From: a virus
DNA: 64,000 nucleotides
Reading direction: 5' to 3' (one strand)
Virus record (IMG/VR): IMGVR_UViG_3300037225_001188
Coordinates: 32,001-96,000 of that record
A model generated the notes under the pieces. It did no database searches. It had not been told where the DNA came from and worked only from the letters and a program-made list of their open reading frames with translations. The position numbers were made by a program, and so were the translations under genes. Shown here one piece after another: positions 41,809 to 52,235 of the stretch. The first letter of the stretch is position 1. Each line of letters opens with the position of its first letter.

Positions 41809-42384
41809 ATGCTGATCACGATAGAGATCAAGGGTCGCACTCCACTGTTGATGAACCGCTTCGGCGAGGTTCCTGAAGTCGCCACGACCAGCGGGCATGC
41901 TCCGGTTATGACGTCTTCGTCAGAGCGTGGCACTCCACGTACTCAGGCGGAGAAGGCCGCGTACCGCGACGCGAAGACCGGAGAGCTGTTCATCCCAGGA
42001 CCGAACGTCCTCTCGTGCCTTGTCGAGGCCGGGAAGTTCACGAAGGCTGGGAAGACGAAGCTCACGACCCAGAAGTCGACGCTCGTCACCGCCGGTTTGA
42101 TGCTGAACGAGGTCGCGCTCCCGCTCCACGTCAGCGAGTTCGAGGTCGACTCGCGCGGGGTCGTCATCCCGGCTACCGGGGGGCGCGTCATTCGTCATCG
42201 TCCGCGGCTCGACGAGTGGAGTTTGACGTTCTCGCTAGACGTCGACGAGACGATGTTCTCCGAGTCGTTGGTCAGGACGCTCGTCGACGATGCCGGGAAG
42301 AAGATCGGGCTCGGAGACTATCGTCCATCTCGCAAGGGTCCGTTCGGCAGGTTCGACGTGGTAGGATGGAAGGTCGAGAAGTAA
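41809..42384 (+). CDS. Stand-alone Cas7/RAMP-superfamily RNA-binding protein
   Basis: ITIEIKGRTPLLMN (first strand plus TP), LFIPGPNVLSCL (RAMP IPG motif), C-terminal G-rich loop GLGDYRPSRKGPFGRF. Confidence 0.8.
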   Translation: MLITIEIKGRTPLLMNRFGEVPEVATTSGHAPVMTSSSERGTPRTQAEKAAYRDAKTGELFIPGPNVLSCLVEAGKFTKAGKTKLTTQKSTLVTAGLMLNEVALPLHVSEFEVDSRGVVIPATGGRVIRHRPRLDEWSLTFSLDVDETMFSESLVRTLVDDAGKKIGLGDYRPSRKGPFGRFDVVGWKVEK

Positions 42385-42627
42385 CATGCCGCGAGGGCCG
42401 TACGAACACGACAGCCTGACCTTCGCCCCGGACCGGCAACTCGAGTGTCGGGGGTACGGCAAGTGCCTCGACGTCGCGCTCAGCAGCGGTTGGGTGTCGT
42501 GGTGTTGCACCGGGTGCACGAAGTTCGTCGAGCTGACGGCCGAGGAGAAGACCAGCGACATGATCGCCCTGCTCCACATCCTCGGGGAGCTGGAGTTCCC
42601 GCTCGGCATCAAGAAGAGGCACGACCC

Positions 42628-43260
42628 GTGAGGCCGGATCGCTACGACGGCGACCCCGACCTCGACCGCCTTGAGCGCACCGTCGCCGGGCTCGACGGCG
42701 TCGTCGAGATGGCGGTCACGGCCGCTCGCGAGAAGATCGGTGAGCCGACGTGCGCCGGGTGCCGGAGCCCGGGGTGCTGCTACCAGCGCGTGTCGGTGAC
42801 GCTGGCGGAGGCCCTGCCGATCGCGCGCCGGCTCATCAGCCGCGGGTTCGACTCCCCCGGGGTGCGGCGGCGGCTCGCCGGCGAGGGTGAGGAGATGTCG
42901 TCGCGCACGCCAGAGGAGTGGTGGGCGCTGTCGAGGCCGTGCTTCTTCCTCGGCGAGGGGCGGTGCTCTATCTACGACGTGCGCCCGGTGGCGTGCCGCG
43001 CTCGCTTCTCGTGGAGCGACCCGGAGTTGTGCCAGCCGCCGGCCGTCAGCGACGTCGTGACCGTCGACATGGTCGGCGCCGCCCGAGCCGTGGTGCAGCT
43101 CAACCTCGAGCTGTGCCGCGGCCTCGGCCTGAATGACGTCGTCACCTACGCCGGCGCCATGCCGCGGATGGTGGCGGTCGCGCTCGAGGCGCTCAGCAGA
43201 GACACCGCCGCTGCCGTCGAGTACCTATGGGGGCTGGAGTTTCCGATCGCGGGCCGCTGA
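42628..43260 (+). CDS. YkgJ/FliB-family cysteine-cluster protein
   Basis: CAGCRSPGCC ... PCFFLGEGRCSIYDVRPVACR. Confidence 0.85.
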   Translation: MRPDRYDGDPDLDRLERTVAGLDGVVEMAVTAAREKIGEPTCAGCRSPGCCYQRVSVTLAEALPIARRLISRGFDSPGVRRRLAGEGEEMSSRTPEEWWALSRPCFFLGEGRCSIYDVRPVACRARFSWSDPELCQPPAVSDVVTVDMVGAARAVVQLNLELCRGLGLNDVVTYAGAMPRMVAVALEALSRDTAAAVEYLWGLEFPIAGR

Positions 43261-43847
43261 GCCGTCAAGCAAAACCTCGCGACGTACACCTCGACATGAA
43301 GATCAACGACCCGCTCGAGGCAGTCCGCGAGATCGACGGCAAGGTCAAGGAGGCCCTCTCCGGCGTCGAGCCTACCGGCGAGGTCCGGTCGGCCGTCACC
43401 AAGTATCTGCTCGCGATGGCGGCGACCGTCGCGAGGTCCGCCGGGGCCAGCGTCAGCGACTACCTGGAGGAGGCTCGGCAGACGTGGGACGAGTCAGCCG
43501 CGCCGCAGCAAGCGCCGACTGCCGAGCCGGCGACCATCAACTGATGCGCCAGGTCGTCACTATCAATGTGGTCTCCGGGTCCCCGAGACCGTGGACGTTC
43601 TACACCGTCTACCAGCTGCCGGACCTGAGCTACGTCGCCTCGCGGCGCAGCGAGGTCGACCTCGGGTGGCGGCTCGGGCAGCTCATAGGCCTCAAGGACG
43701 GCGAGATCGTTGGCTACGTCGCGACGCTTAGGACGTGCGGTGATGCGCAGAGCTGGTCCCACGTCTTCATGTGCGGGAGCCTCATCGTGGTTGAACCCGA
43801 CGACTACTCTCAGGGGATACCGACCGTGCTCTATCTGAAGGTTGATG

Positions 43848-44057
43848 ATGCGTGACAGCGACCCGGTGTGCGAGTTCCAGGTGAGGGTGAAGCGAACGAC
43901 CGACGCAGCGATCTGCTGCCACGTTGAAGGCGTCGCGGAAGACGTGTGGTTCCCGAAGTCGCAGATCAACCTTGACGATTCGGACGTCAGCGAAGTCGGC
44001 GACACCGGGTCATTGATCGTCAGCGAGTGGATCGCGCTGCAGAAGAACCTGATCTGA
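43848..44057 (+). CDS. Small conserved phage protein
   Basis: TTDAAI...VWFPKSQI...VSEWIALQKNLI. Confidence 0.7.
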   Translation: MRDSDPVCEFQVRVKRTTDAAICCHVEGVAEDVWFPKSQINLDDSDVSEVGDTGSLIVSEWIALQKNLI

Positions 44058-44064
44058 ACGGAGG

Positions 44065-44958
44065 ATGAAGATGTCTGAGAAGCGCAAGCGCACCGCGATC
44101 GACGCCAAGCGCGGCGTCGTGTTCTGGGTCGAGCAGGACAAGCTCACCCTCATCACCGACGAGTCACGCCCGCTGTTCGACCCGTCGGCGCTCTTCTCAC
44201 CCGACCCCGAGCTGGTTCAGAGCCTCATCGTCGAGGGCCAGGTGCAGGAGTTGCTGGCCCGCCGCAACGGCCCGCTGCTCGAGATCATCGACGGCAACCG
44301 TCGCTACAAGGCCGGCTGCCTCGCTGGCAAGAAGCAGGGGCGGCCGTTCGTGTTCCGCGTCCGCGTGGTCGACGCGGCCAGCGACGCCGAGTTCTACCGG
44401 ATGAAGCTGGCAGCCAACCTCCACAAGAAGGCGCCGCCGACTGTGGAGGCACAGCGCATCTCGCGCTTCCTCAAGGCCGGCGGGACCGAAGAGGAGGCGA
44501 TGGTCGCCGTCGGGGCGAAGAGCGTGACGACCGTGCACAACAAGCTGGCGCTGCTGCGCTGCTGCGCCAAGGTCCAGCGGATGGTCGACTCCGGCGAGCT
44601 GACCGAGACTATTGCGGTCGAGCTGTCGGGCCTGACGCGCGAGAAGCAGGAGCAGGCGGTCGATGAGATGGAGAAGAACGGGACGCTGCGCGGCGAGGTC
44701 GCGCGGCGGTCGGTGAAGGCAGCGAAGAGCGGCAAGAAGCTGCCGACGAAGGATGGGCCGCGGCCGCTCACTCAGTCGAAGCTCGAGAAGCTCTCCGACG
44801 AGCTGTCGAACTACGCGGAGTCGAGCGACTTCGTCGCCTTCATCGCCCTCATCCTCGGCGACGAGAAGATGTTCGAGGACCTGCCGTCGTTCGTGAAGGC
44901 GGCCTACGACTCGGTCACGAAGGCCAAGAAGGTGTCCAAGGAGAAGAAGGCGGCGTAG
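44065..44958 (+). CDS. ParB-like protein
   Basis: LVQSLIVEGQVQ, IIDGNRRYKA, downstream HTH-like segment. Confidence 0.8.
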   Translation: MKMSEKRKRTAIDAKRGVVFWVEQDKLTLITDESRPLFDPSALFSPDPELVQSLIVEGQVQELLARRNGPLLEIIDGNRRYKAGCLAGKKQGRPFVFRVRVVDAASDAEFYRMKLAANLHKKAPPTVEAQRISRFLKAGGTEEEAMVAVGAKSVTTVHNKLALLRCCAKVQRMVDSGELTETIAVELSGLTREKQEQAVDEMEKNGTLRGEVARRSVKAAKSGKKLPTKDGPRPLTQSKLEKLSDELSNYAESSDFVAFIALILGDEKMFEDLPSFVKAAYDSVTKAKKVSKEKKAA

Positions 44959-45020
44959 CTCATGAGCGCAGTACCGATCGAAGACTTTGCCGCCAACCTC
45001 GTCGCGCTTGAGGCCACGCC

Positions 45021-45755
45021 ATGACCCGTCTCTCCCTGCTCGAAGCCGTAGTCGCCGAGGTCCGCGATCTGGATCGGCGCTACCGTGCGATCACGGGCCA
45101 CCCGGCGGCGGGGAGCGACAAGGTGCTGGCGGCAGTCGCAGCCCTCGACGCAAACGACGCGGCGCAGTTCGATCCCTGCGCGGTCTGCGGCCATACGCTC
45201 GACTCGGCCGTCTGTCCGCAGTGCGGCACGGACGCCTGGCGTCACTGGGCGCGGGAGAACGCCAACTGGAACGACGTGGCCGACCCAGAGGCGGAACTCG
45301 GGCGCGAGTCGCTGGCGCCCGCCTGCCCTGTCTGCGCGGCGAACCCGCCCGGTCCCGACGAGCCCTGCCCTGACCCGTTGGGGCCGCTGCTCAAGGCGCT
45401 GGGGAGCGAGGCGCCTGAGCCCACCGCCGCCATCCTCGACCGCGAGGCGGCGCGCCGGCGGCGGGACCTCGCCGAGGTCACGCGCGGGCCGGTCGAAGGC
45501 GACGCGGGCGCCGACGCCGGCTCGTCGCCGGAGATGCCGGTGAGCGGGTGCGTGCCGGAGAGGGAGTCCTGGCGCGTGGAGCGTTTCGGCTCGGGTTGGT
45601 GCTGCTACCGCGTCGACATCGACGGCACCCCCATCGGAGTGCTGACGGAACGTGACGACGGGCTCGGCTACTGCGTGCGCAACACCGAGGCCGCCGCCCG
45701 CGCCGACGGTGAGGCGAGCGGGCTGCCGGAGTACAAGCAGCCTGAGAAGGTCTGA
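45021..45755 (+). CDS. Mosaic zinc-ribbon protein
   Basis: Several CxxC pairs; shares motifs with 54951-56264. Confidence 0.6.
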   Translation: MTRLSLLEAVVAEVRDLDRRYRAITGHPAAGSDKVLAAVAALDANDAAQFDPCAVCGHTLDSAVCPQCGTDAWRHWARENANWNDVADPEAELGRESLAPACPVCAANPPGPDEPCPDPLGPLLKALGSEAPEPTAAILDREAARRRRDLAEVTRGPVEGDAGADAGSSPEMPVSGCVPERESWRVERFGSGWCCYRVDIDGTPIGVLTERDDGLGYCVRNTEAAARADGEASGLPEYKQPEKV

Positions 45756-46200
45756 ACGAGTACGGCAAGCCGTAAGGAGATGCCGTGAAAACCTCCGACG
45801 CAGAGTACAACGCATCGCTGAAGCGGGCCGGTCTACTCGACCAACGCGAGGACACCCTTGAGGCTCTGGCGGCACTGCTCACGGCGGCTCTCAAGCGTGC
45901 TGAGGGCGGTCCTCGTCTATTCGTCCGGGTGCGCATCCCGATCTGGCTGTGCAACCGCGTGCGGAGCGAGATCGCCGGCATCGTCCATGAGATCCACAAC
46001 CGGAACCTGCCTCTGCCGCTGTGCCGCCTCCCAGGCTGCGGCGCTACCTCGCGGATCTATGGGATCGGTGCAACGGAGGAGCAGGACGCCCAGTGTCCTG
46101 CTCATGCTAACGGCCATCCGCACGACTGCGGCTGCGACGAGTGTTTCTGAGGAGTGGCTACTGCGCAAGCTGGTTCGCTGGATGCAGTAACCTTTTCTGC

Positions 46201-46228
46201 TTGACAAGCGCAATACAGGCGTTATACT
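46201..46228 (+). promoter_or_regulatory. Sigma70 promoter, leaderless transcript
   Basis: TTGACA-N16-TATACT, 6 nt before ATG 46235. Confidence 0.7.
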
Positions 46229-46739
46229 AGTCTCATGATGACTAACAAGCCCGAGTTTCTCCGGTGGCGTGGAGCCACCCTCCTCACCCTCTCGTCGGCG
46301 AAGGGGCAGCTCCTCTGCGTGCAGGACGAGCTGGACTCGGACGCGGTGCGGACAGCCCTGGCCGCTCTGGAGTCCACGACGCACCTGGTCGAGGCGCTCG
46401 CCCATGACGACGAACCAGCGTGCGATCACGAGTTCGATTACATCACTAATCGCTGTGTCAAGTGCGACGTGCGGGAGCCGCTGTGAGCGGTCCGCGGAGA
46501 GCGCCGACGACCCGGCGCGTGCTCCTGGAGTTGCACGACGCCGTGCAGCGTCTGCTCACGACCTACGGCCACCGGCCGGCCGAGCAGGCGTACCTCGCGC
46601 GGGCGCTCAACTCCGTCTGCGTTGACGAGGAGATCCGCGATCAACTCGCGTTCTACCTCAGTGCTCCCGACGACGGATTTCTTCCGCCGCACGGGCCGGA
46701 CTGCACCTGCTCCGACTGCTACCGCACGCGCGAGGCCCC

Positions 46740-46922
46740 ATGAGTAAGCCCACCAAGCCGACCGCCGCCCTGCACCCCGTCATGTTCCGCCTGAGCCCGG
46801 AGCACATCGCGGCCCTCGACACCATCGGCCGCGAGTTGGCCGAGCGTGACCGCTCGCCCAAGAGCCGCACGGACGCTCTGCGCCACGTCCTCAACACGTA
46901 CCTCGCGAGGCGCAAGCCATGA
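46740..46922 (+). CDS. Small ribbon-helix-helix-like protein
   Basis: VMFRLSPEHIAALD...SRTDALRHVL. Confidence 0.55.
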   Translation: MSKPTKPTAALHPVMFRLSPEHIAALDTIGRELAERDRSPKSRTDALRHVLNTYLARRKP

Positions 46923-47231
46923 GCCCAACCCGCCGGCGCCCAACGCGCCGTGATCTGCTCATCGTCATTGAGCAGCTTCAGGACATCATTGGCCGCGCCC
47001 GGGGCGCCAATCACGACCGCAACCCCAACCGCTTTGCCGAGGTTGATGGGTTGCTCAGCGCGGCCTTCGACTACTGCCTCAAGGCGCGGAATCATGATCC
47101 GCCCGTCGGGTCGCGCCCGAGTCCGTGGCGCGGCATCATCGTGCCGCGAGACACGAGGTTCGTGTGACCTCGCCTTACACCACTGGAGCAGAAGCGGCAC
47201 CGCATCAACCGACCCAAGGGAGGACCGACCG

Positions 47232-48797
47232 ATGAAGACCAAGAAGCCGATCATCTACACGCTCACCGACGCCCACCGTAAGCGCCTTAAGCCGTGGGCC
47301 GACCAGTGGATCGCTAACGCCCTGTCGACCAAGCCGATGGACGACGCCGAGCGCGAGATCGTACGCAAGGCCGTCGCCGGGCTCTACGACGCTGCGAAGC
47401 TGCCGCAGCCGAAGGCCGTCGTGTTCTCGCGCGGTCCGATCTCGGGCGCCATCGCGGCTGGAGTCGCGGCGGGCGTGTGGCACCTGCGGAAGCACCCGGA
47501 AATCCACGCGAGCCTGTTCGGCCGCAGCGTGACCGAGCGCGAGATCACGGCGGCCATCGGTCCGGCGTGTGCGCGCGCGACGCTCGCGGCTATGCGCGGG
47601 ATGGCGAATGGACCGCCAGTTCAGCCTGCGCTGAAGGCGGAGAAGCCTCAGAAGCGCGCCGCCACCGACGCCGCCACCCGCGCCGCCACCGACGACGCCA
47701 CCCGCGCCGCCACCTACGCCGCCACCACCGCCGCCACCGCCGCCGCCACCGACGACGCCACCCGCACCGCCACCCGCGCCGCCACCCGCGCCGCCACCTA
47801 CGCCGCCACCTACGCCGCCACCGACGACGCCACCCGCGCCGCCACCGACGACGCCACCGACGCCGCCACCCGCGCCGCCACCGCCGCCGCCGCCGACGAC
47901 GCCACCCGCACCGCCACCGACGCCGCCACCCGCGCCGCCACCCGCGCCGCCACCGACGACGCCACCGCCGCCGCCACCCGCACCGCCACCGACGCCGCCA
48001 CCGCCGCCGCCACCTACGACGCCACCGCCGCCACCGCCGCCGCCACCGCCGCCGCCACCGCCGATCTGGCTCCGGTGGTCAAGTTCCTCGTCCTCTGCTG
48101 CGGCTACAACTGGCGCATGCGAAACGGTGGCAACCAGTGGTCCGGGTGGGTCGCGTTCCTGTCGTTCTTCCGCCACGTCGCGAAGCTCCCGCTCGACTAC
48201 GCCAAGTTCGACCACTACGAGCAGACGGCGCAGCACAGCGGTCCGCGCTTCACACACGCCGACTTCTGCCTCGTCTGCGACCGCCCGACGGTGCTCACGC
48301 TCGACAGCAATCACCGACCTCACGGCGAGTGCGGGCCGTCGCACCGCTGGGCCGACGGCTGGGCGCTCTACTACTGGCATGGCACGCAGGTCCCCGCGAA
48401 GCTAGTCGAGACGCCTGAGTCCTACACGGCGGCCGACATCGCGGCCGAGACGAACAGCGAGATCGTGCGCGCCCTCGCCGAGCGGCTGGGGTGGGAGGCG
48501 TTCGTCAAGCGGCTCGACGTGCAGACCATCAACTCGTGGACCGACCCGACGACCGGCCTCGCCTACGAGCTGCTGGAGAGCCGCACGCGCATCGGCGACG
48601 GCCAGCCGCGCTTCCTGCGGATGACCTCGCCCACCCTCAAGGACGGCTCGCAGCCGCAATACGTCGAGCCGGTCCACCCCGACCTCGCGACTGCGCAGGC
48701 GGCGCGACGCTGGCAGGGCGTCGACCACGACGGCAGTCGGCCAAGCGTCGCGGACTGCAACGCGCACCCCGAGTGCGCCTACGAAATGGAGGCGTAG
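47232..48797 (+). CDS. DUF6745-like protein with AAT(D/R/Y/A) repeat tract
   Basis: VCDRPTVL..HRPHGECGP..WADGWALYYWHGTQVP, NSEIVRA; repeats at 47657-48063. Confidence 0.8.
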   Translation: MKTKKPIIYTLTDAHRKRLKPWADQWIANALSTKPMDDAEREIVRKAVAGLYDAAKLPQPKAVVFSRGPISGAIAAGVAAGVWHLRKHPEIHASLFGRSVTEREITAAIGPACARATLAAMRGMANGPPVQPALKAEKPQKRAATDAATRAATDDATRAATYAATTAATAAATDDATRTATRAATRAATYAATYAATDDATRAATDDATDAATRAATAAAADDATRTATDAATRAATRAATDDATAAATRTATDAATAAATYDATAATAAATAAATADLAPVVKFLVLCCGYNWRMRNGGNQWSGWVAFLSFFRHVAKLPLDYAKFDHYEQTAQHSGPRFTHADFCLVCDRPTVLTLDSNHRPHGECGPSHRWADGWALYYWHGTQVPAKLVETPESYTAADIAAETNSEIVRALAERLGWEAFVKRLDVQTINSWTDPTTGLAYELLESRTRIGDGQPRFLRMTSPTLKDGSQPQYVEPVHPDLATAQAARRWQGVDHDGSRPSVADCNAHPECAYEMEA

Positions 48798-48798
48798 C

Positions 48799-49137
48799 AT
48801 GGCGACCACGACGACGACCACGACGCAGCCGACGGCCTACCGCCACGGCGACCTCATCATCCACGCGACGGACAAGGCGCCCGTGAAGGGCCTCAAGGTC
48901 ATCCCCGGCAACGCGCTGGCGACCGGCACGGCAACGGGCCACAGCCACCGCTTCACGCCCGCGGCGAACGCCAAGCTCTACGCGGGCGAGAACGGCGTCA
49001 TGCGCCTGCGCGTCATCAAGGCCGTGCGCCTCACCCACGAGGAGCACGCGGACCTCAAGCTCGCGCCCGGGGACTACTTCGTCGCCCACAAGCGCCAGTA
49101 CGACCGCGAGAACGGGTGGGTCGCGGTCCAAGACTGA
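48799..49137 (+). CDS. His-rich partner of the DUF6745-like protein
   Basis: YRHGDL, ATGHSH, LTHEEH, PGDY..RQY. Confidence 0.8.
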   Translation: MATTTTTTTQPTAYRHGDLIIHATDKAPVKGLKVIPGNALATGTATGHSHRFTPAANAKLYAGENGVMRLRVIKAVRLTHEEHADLKLAPGDYFVAHKRQYDRENGWVAVQD

Positions 49138-50008
49138 TGGCACTGGAGTAGATCTCCCGTTCGCTCGAAAGGAAGGTTGAGATGGCAACGTTCGAGGAGT
49201 TCAAGACCGAGGCCGAGTTCCAGGCGGCCTACAACCTCATGCAGCAGAACGTCGAGATCGCGTGCAGCGACATCGACTGCCTGATCATGAAGCTCCCGCG
49301 CGACTGCATCGCGATCCACGGCTTCGCGGCCAACGCTCACGACCTGCGGGCGGCGGCGCAGCGCATGGCCCTCTGCATCCCCGATGTGCGCCGAGCCATC
49401 GTCAAGGCCCACGGCCTGAAGGTGGACCCGAGCGAGCCGATGGGGAGCCACACCTTCGCCGTCGCTATGCCCGGGAAGGCCGCCAAGCCCGACATGCGCG
49501 TGAAGGCGAATCGCCCGGCGAAGCCGCGCCGCAAGCGGTGAACGGCTTACCTACAGAAGTCGTTTCCCGTCGAGGAGGATGACCATGCGCTGCGAGCTGT
49601 GCCGCGACCCCGGCTACATTCCGAAGAACGTCGAAATCTGCCGCGACTGCGCGCCGCGGTACTACGCGATGGAGGAGGTGGCCGACGCCGCGCTAGCGTG
49701 GTGGGCGACCAAGCGCCCGCGCGATTTCACGGTCGCCCAGCACATCGACACCCCGGCGGTCAACTGCACGACGACGAGCGAGGTCAAGATGGCGCTGGCC
49801 TGCGCGAAGCTCGCCGCACTGGAGGTGTCCCGTGGCTGACCGCTTCGCCCTCTCGCACCGCCGCGTCTCCGCTCGCGCCTGGACGTACAGGGCGACGGCG
49901 TCGGATTGGCACTACGACCGTTCGCTGCTGCGCGTCCTCGCGGCGTGGCAGGGGCGTGGTACCGACCGGCCCTCGCCGTACCTGCTCTGCCGGACCTGCG
50001 GCGACCCG

Positions 50009-50027
50009 GGCTTTGCCTCAGAATGCC
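50009..50027 (+). mobile_element. Solo transposon terminal repeat
   Basis: GGCTTTGCCTCAGAATGCC, identical to the reverse complement of the MITE right end. Confidence 0.65.
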
Positions 50028-50084
50028 CCTCTGTCTTGGCTGATCGTGCTTGACAACCGCTAGCGGTACGTGTACGGTGATCGC

Positions 50085-50303
50085 ATGATGCCAGAACCAC
50101 TTCTGCCGGTGTTCTTCCGCTTCCCAGCCTCGCTGACGAAGCGGCTTGCGGAGTATGCGGAGGCGCGCTGCCTCAGTCGCAGCGCCGCCGCGCGCATGCT
50201 CCTACTCCACGCGCTCCATGCGCCGCCGAAGGACTGGGTAGCGTTCGGCGTGGCCGAGGAGATGGAGCGCACCGAGCGCAAAGCGAAGCCGCGGAAGAGG
50301 TAG
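50085..50303 (+). CDS. Ribbon-helix-helix-like protein
   Basis: VFFRFPASLTKRLAEYAEARCLSRSAAARMLL; TTGACA-N17-TACGGT upstream. Confidence 0.6.
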   Translation: MMPEPLLPVFFRFPASLTKRLAEYAEARCLSRSAAARMLLLHALHAPPKDWVAFGVAEEMERTERKAKPRKR

Positions 50304-50423
50304 ATGATCCGTGCGTTCAAATACCGGCTCACGCCGACCCGTGCTCAGGAGCGCACTCTCGACGAGTGGCTGCGCCTGACGAGGGAGCTTTTCAACGCCG
50401 CGCTCCAGGAGCGCCGAGACGCC
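50304..50423 (+). pseudogene. N-terminal TnpB fragment fused to an unrelated ORF
   Basis: MIRAFKYRLTPTRAQERTLDEWLRLTRELFNAALQERRDA. Confidence 0.85.
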
Positions 50424-51144
50424 GTGCCATGCGTGCGGCGGGAAGGACAAGGAGACGCCATGCTGACGCCCGACCGCATCGAGAAGATCCGCACCTTCCT
50501 CGCCGTGTCCGCGGAGACGAGCCGTGGCGTGGAGCGCGACCTCATCGCTGACTGCAAGGCCGATGGCGACGACCCCGAGCAGAGCGACGACGTTGGCGAC
50601 CAGCGGGCCGCGACGGGGTACGTCGAGGACGCGGGGGAGGCCCTCGCTGCCTACGAGCGCGTGGCGGCGCTCCTGCACGCCAAAGTCGAGGTCGCCCGCG
50701 GCTGCGTCGACGAGCCGGTCATCTCGTGCGACGAGCTTCTGGCGGCACTGGACGGCACGCCATGAAGCCCGACAAGATCGCCAGCCTGCGCGAGTGGCTG
50801 CGCGTGGCCCGCGCGTTCGATCACATCGCGGAGTCGGTGGCGCGGGACTTCAACGACTCCCTCGACGCCCTCGCCGAACGACCGGCCCTCGTGGCGCGCG
50901 TGGCGGCGGCCGAGGGGAGGGCAGCCGAAGCCGAGCGGCTCAAGGAGGTGTGGCGGTCGGCGTCGTTCAACAACGAGCGGTTCGCGATGGACTACAAGTC
51001 CGCTCTCGAAGCCGCTGCCCGGTCGCTAGAGTGGATCGCGTCGAATGGCATCGACGACGAGGATCCGAGGTCGCTGCGAGCGTACACACGCAACCGCGCG
51101 ATGGTAGCACGCACGGCCCTCGCCGGGCCGCAGGAGGGACCGAA

Positions 51145-51753
51145 ATGACCCACTGGAGCGACCTGCTACCACCTGACGCCTGCACGTCCGCCGTGGAGTG
51201 GGCGCGGTCGCAGCCTGACTACGCCACTGCCTGGGCCGCCTGCCAGCGCGGCGACTGGCTGCTCTGGCTCGTGGGCCGGATGGCGGCCGGCGAGCCCTTC
51301 TCCGCGCGGCGCAAGCCCATCGTGCGGGCGGCGGCGCGTTGTGCGGCGCTGGCGCTGCCGTACGTGCAGGACGAGTACGTGGAGGGTGTCTGCCTCAGCA
51401 CCATCCAAGCGTGCGTGGCGTGGACCGAGGGCGAGGCGACGGACGAGGAGACGCAGGAGGCCGCCTACGCCGCCGACGCCGCCTACGCCGCCGCCGCCGC
51501 CTACGCCGCCTCCGCCGCCTCCGCCTACGCCGCCTACGCCTCCGCCGCCTCCGCCGCCTCCGCCTACGCCGCCACCGACGACGCCGCCTACGCCTACGCC
51601 GCCTCCGCCGCCTCCGCCGCCTCCGCCTACGCCGCCTCCGCCACCGCCGCCGTCGCCGCCCGTGCGCGCATCCTCGCGCAGTGCGCGGACCTCGTGCGCG
51701 CGGAGTGCGCGCGGCCGAGGCTCGCCGGGCCGCAGGAGGACGAGACGCCATGA
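51145..51753 (+). CDS. Protein with AAYA/ASAA repeat tract
   Basis: AWAACQRGDWLLW N-domain; QCADLVR tail. Confidence 0.75.
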   Translation: MTHWSDLLPPDACTSAVEWARSQPDYATAWAACQRGDWLLWLVGRMAAGEPFSARRKPIVRAAARCAALALPYVQDEYVEGVCLSTIQACVAWTEGEATDEETQEAAYAADAAYAAAAAYAASAASAYAAYASAASAASAYAATDDAAYAYAASAASAASAYAASATAAVAARARILAQCADLVRAECARPRLAGPQEDETP

Positions 51754-52235
51754 GCCCGCCAAACCTCCCCGTCCTCGTCGCTGCCGTCGAGGCGGCCGAA
51801 GCGCACCTCCGGTCGGCGGTCGCGGCGCATAACGACGCCGAGTTGCCGAGACTCGCCGCGATAGTGGTTCGCACCCGCCGCGCCGCCGCGGGCGCCGGCA
51901 TGACCGAGTGCTGGTTGTCGCGCGAGACGGTAGACGGGCTGCGCTCCTCGGCACGCGCGGGCGTGCCTTTCGGCGGGGAGCCGCTCACCCGCGACCTCGC
52001 GGCCGTGCTCAAGGAAGGAGCCTGAGATGAACATCTATGTCGTCGAGGGTCGTGCCGCCGGCTGCCGCGTGTGGGCACCGATCCAGACGTTCATCGAAGG
52101 CGTCGGCTCCGTCCCCGAGACCTACTACAAGCGCCGCGAGGCGGTGTACGAGTGCCGTCGACTGAATGACTGGCAGCGCAACCAACCGAAGGTGACCTGC
52201 GTGTACCGCGTGACCAAGTACGGGCCGGTGTCCAA

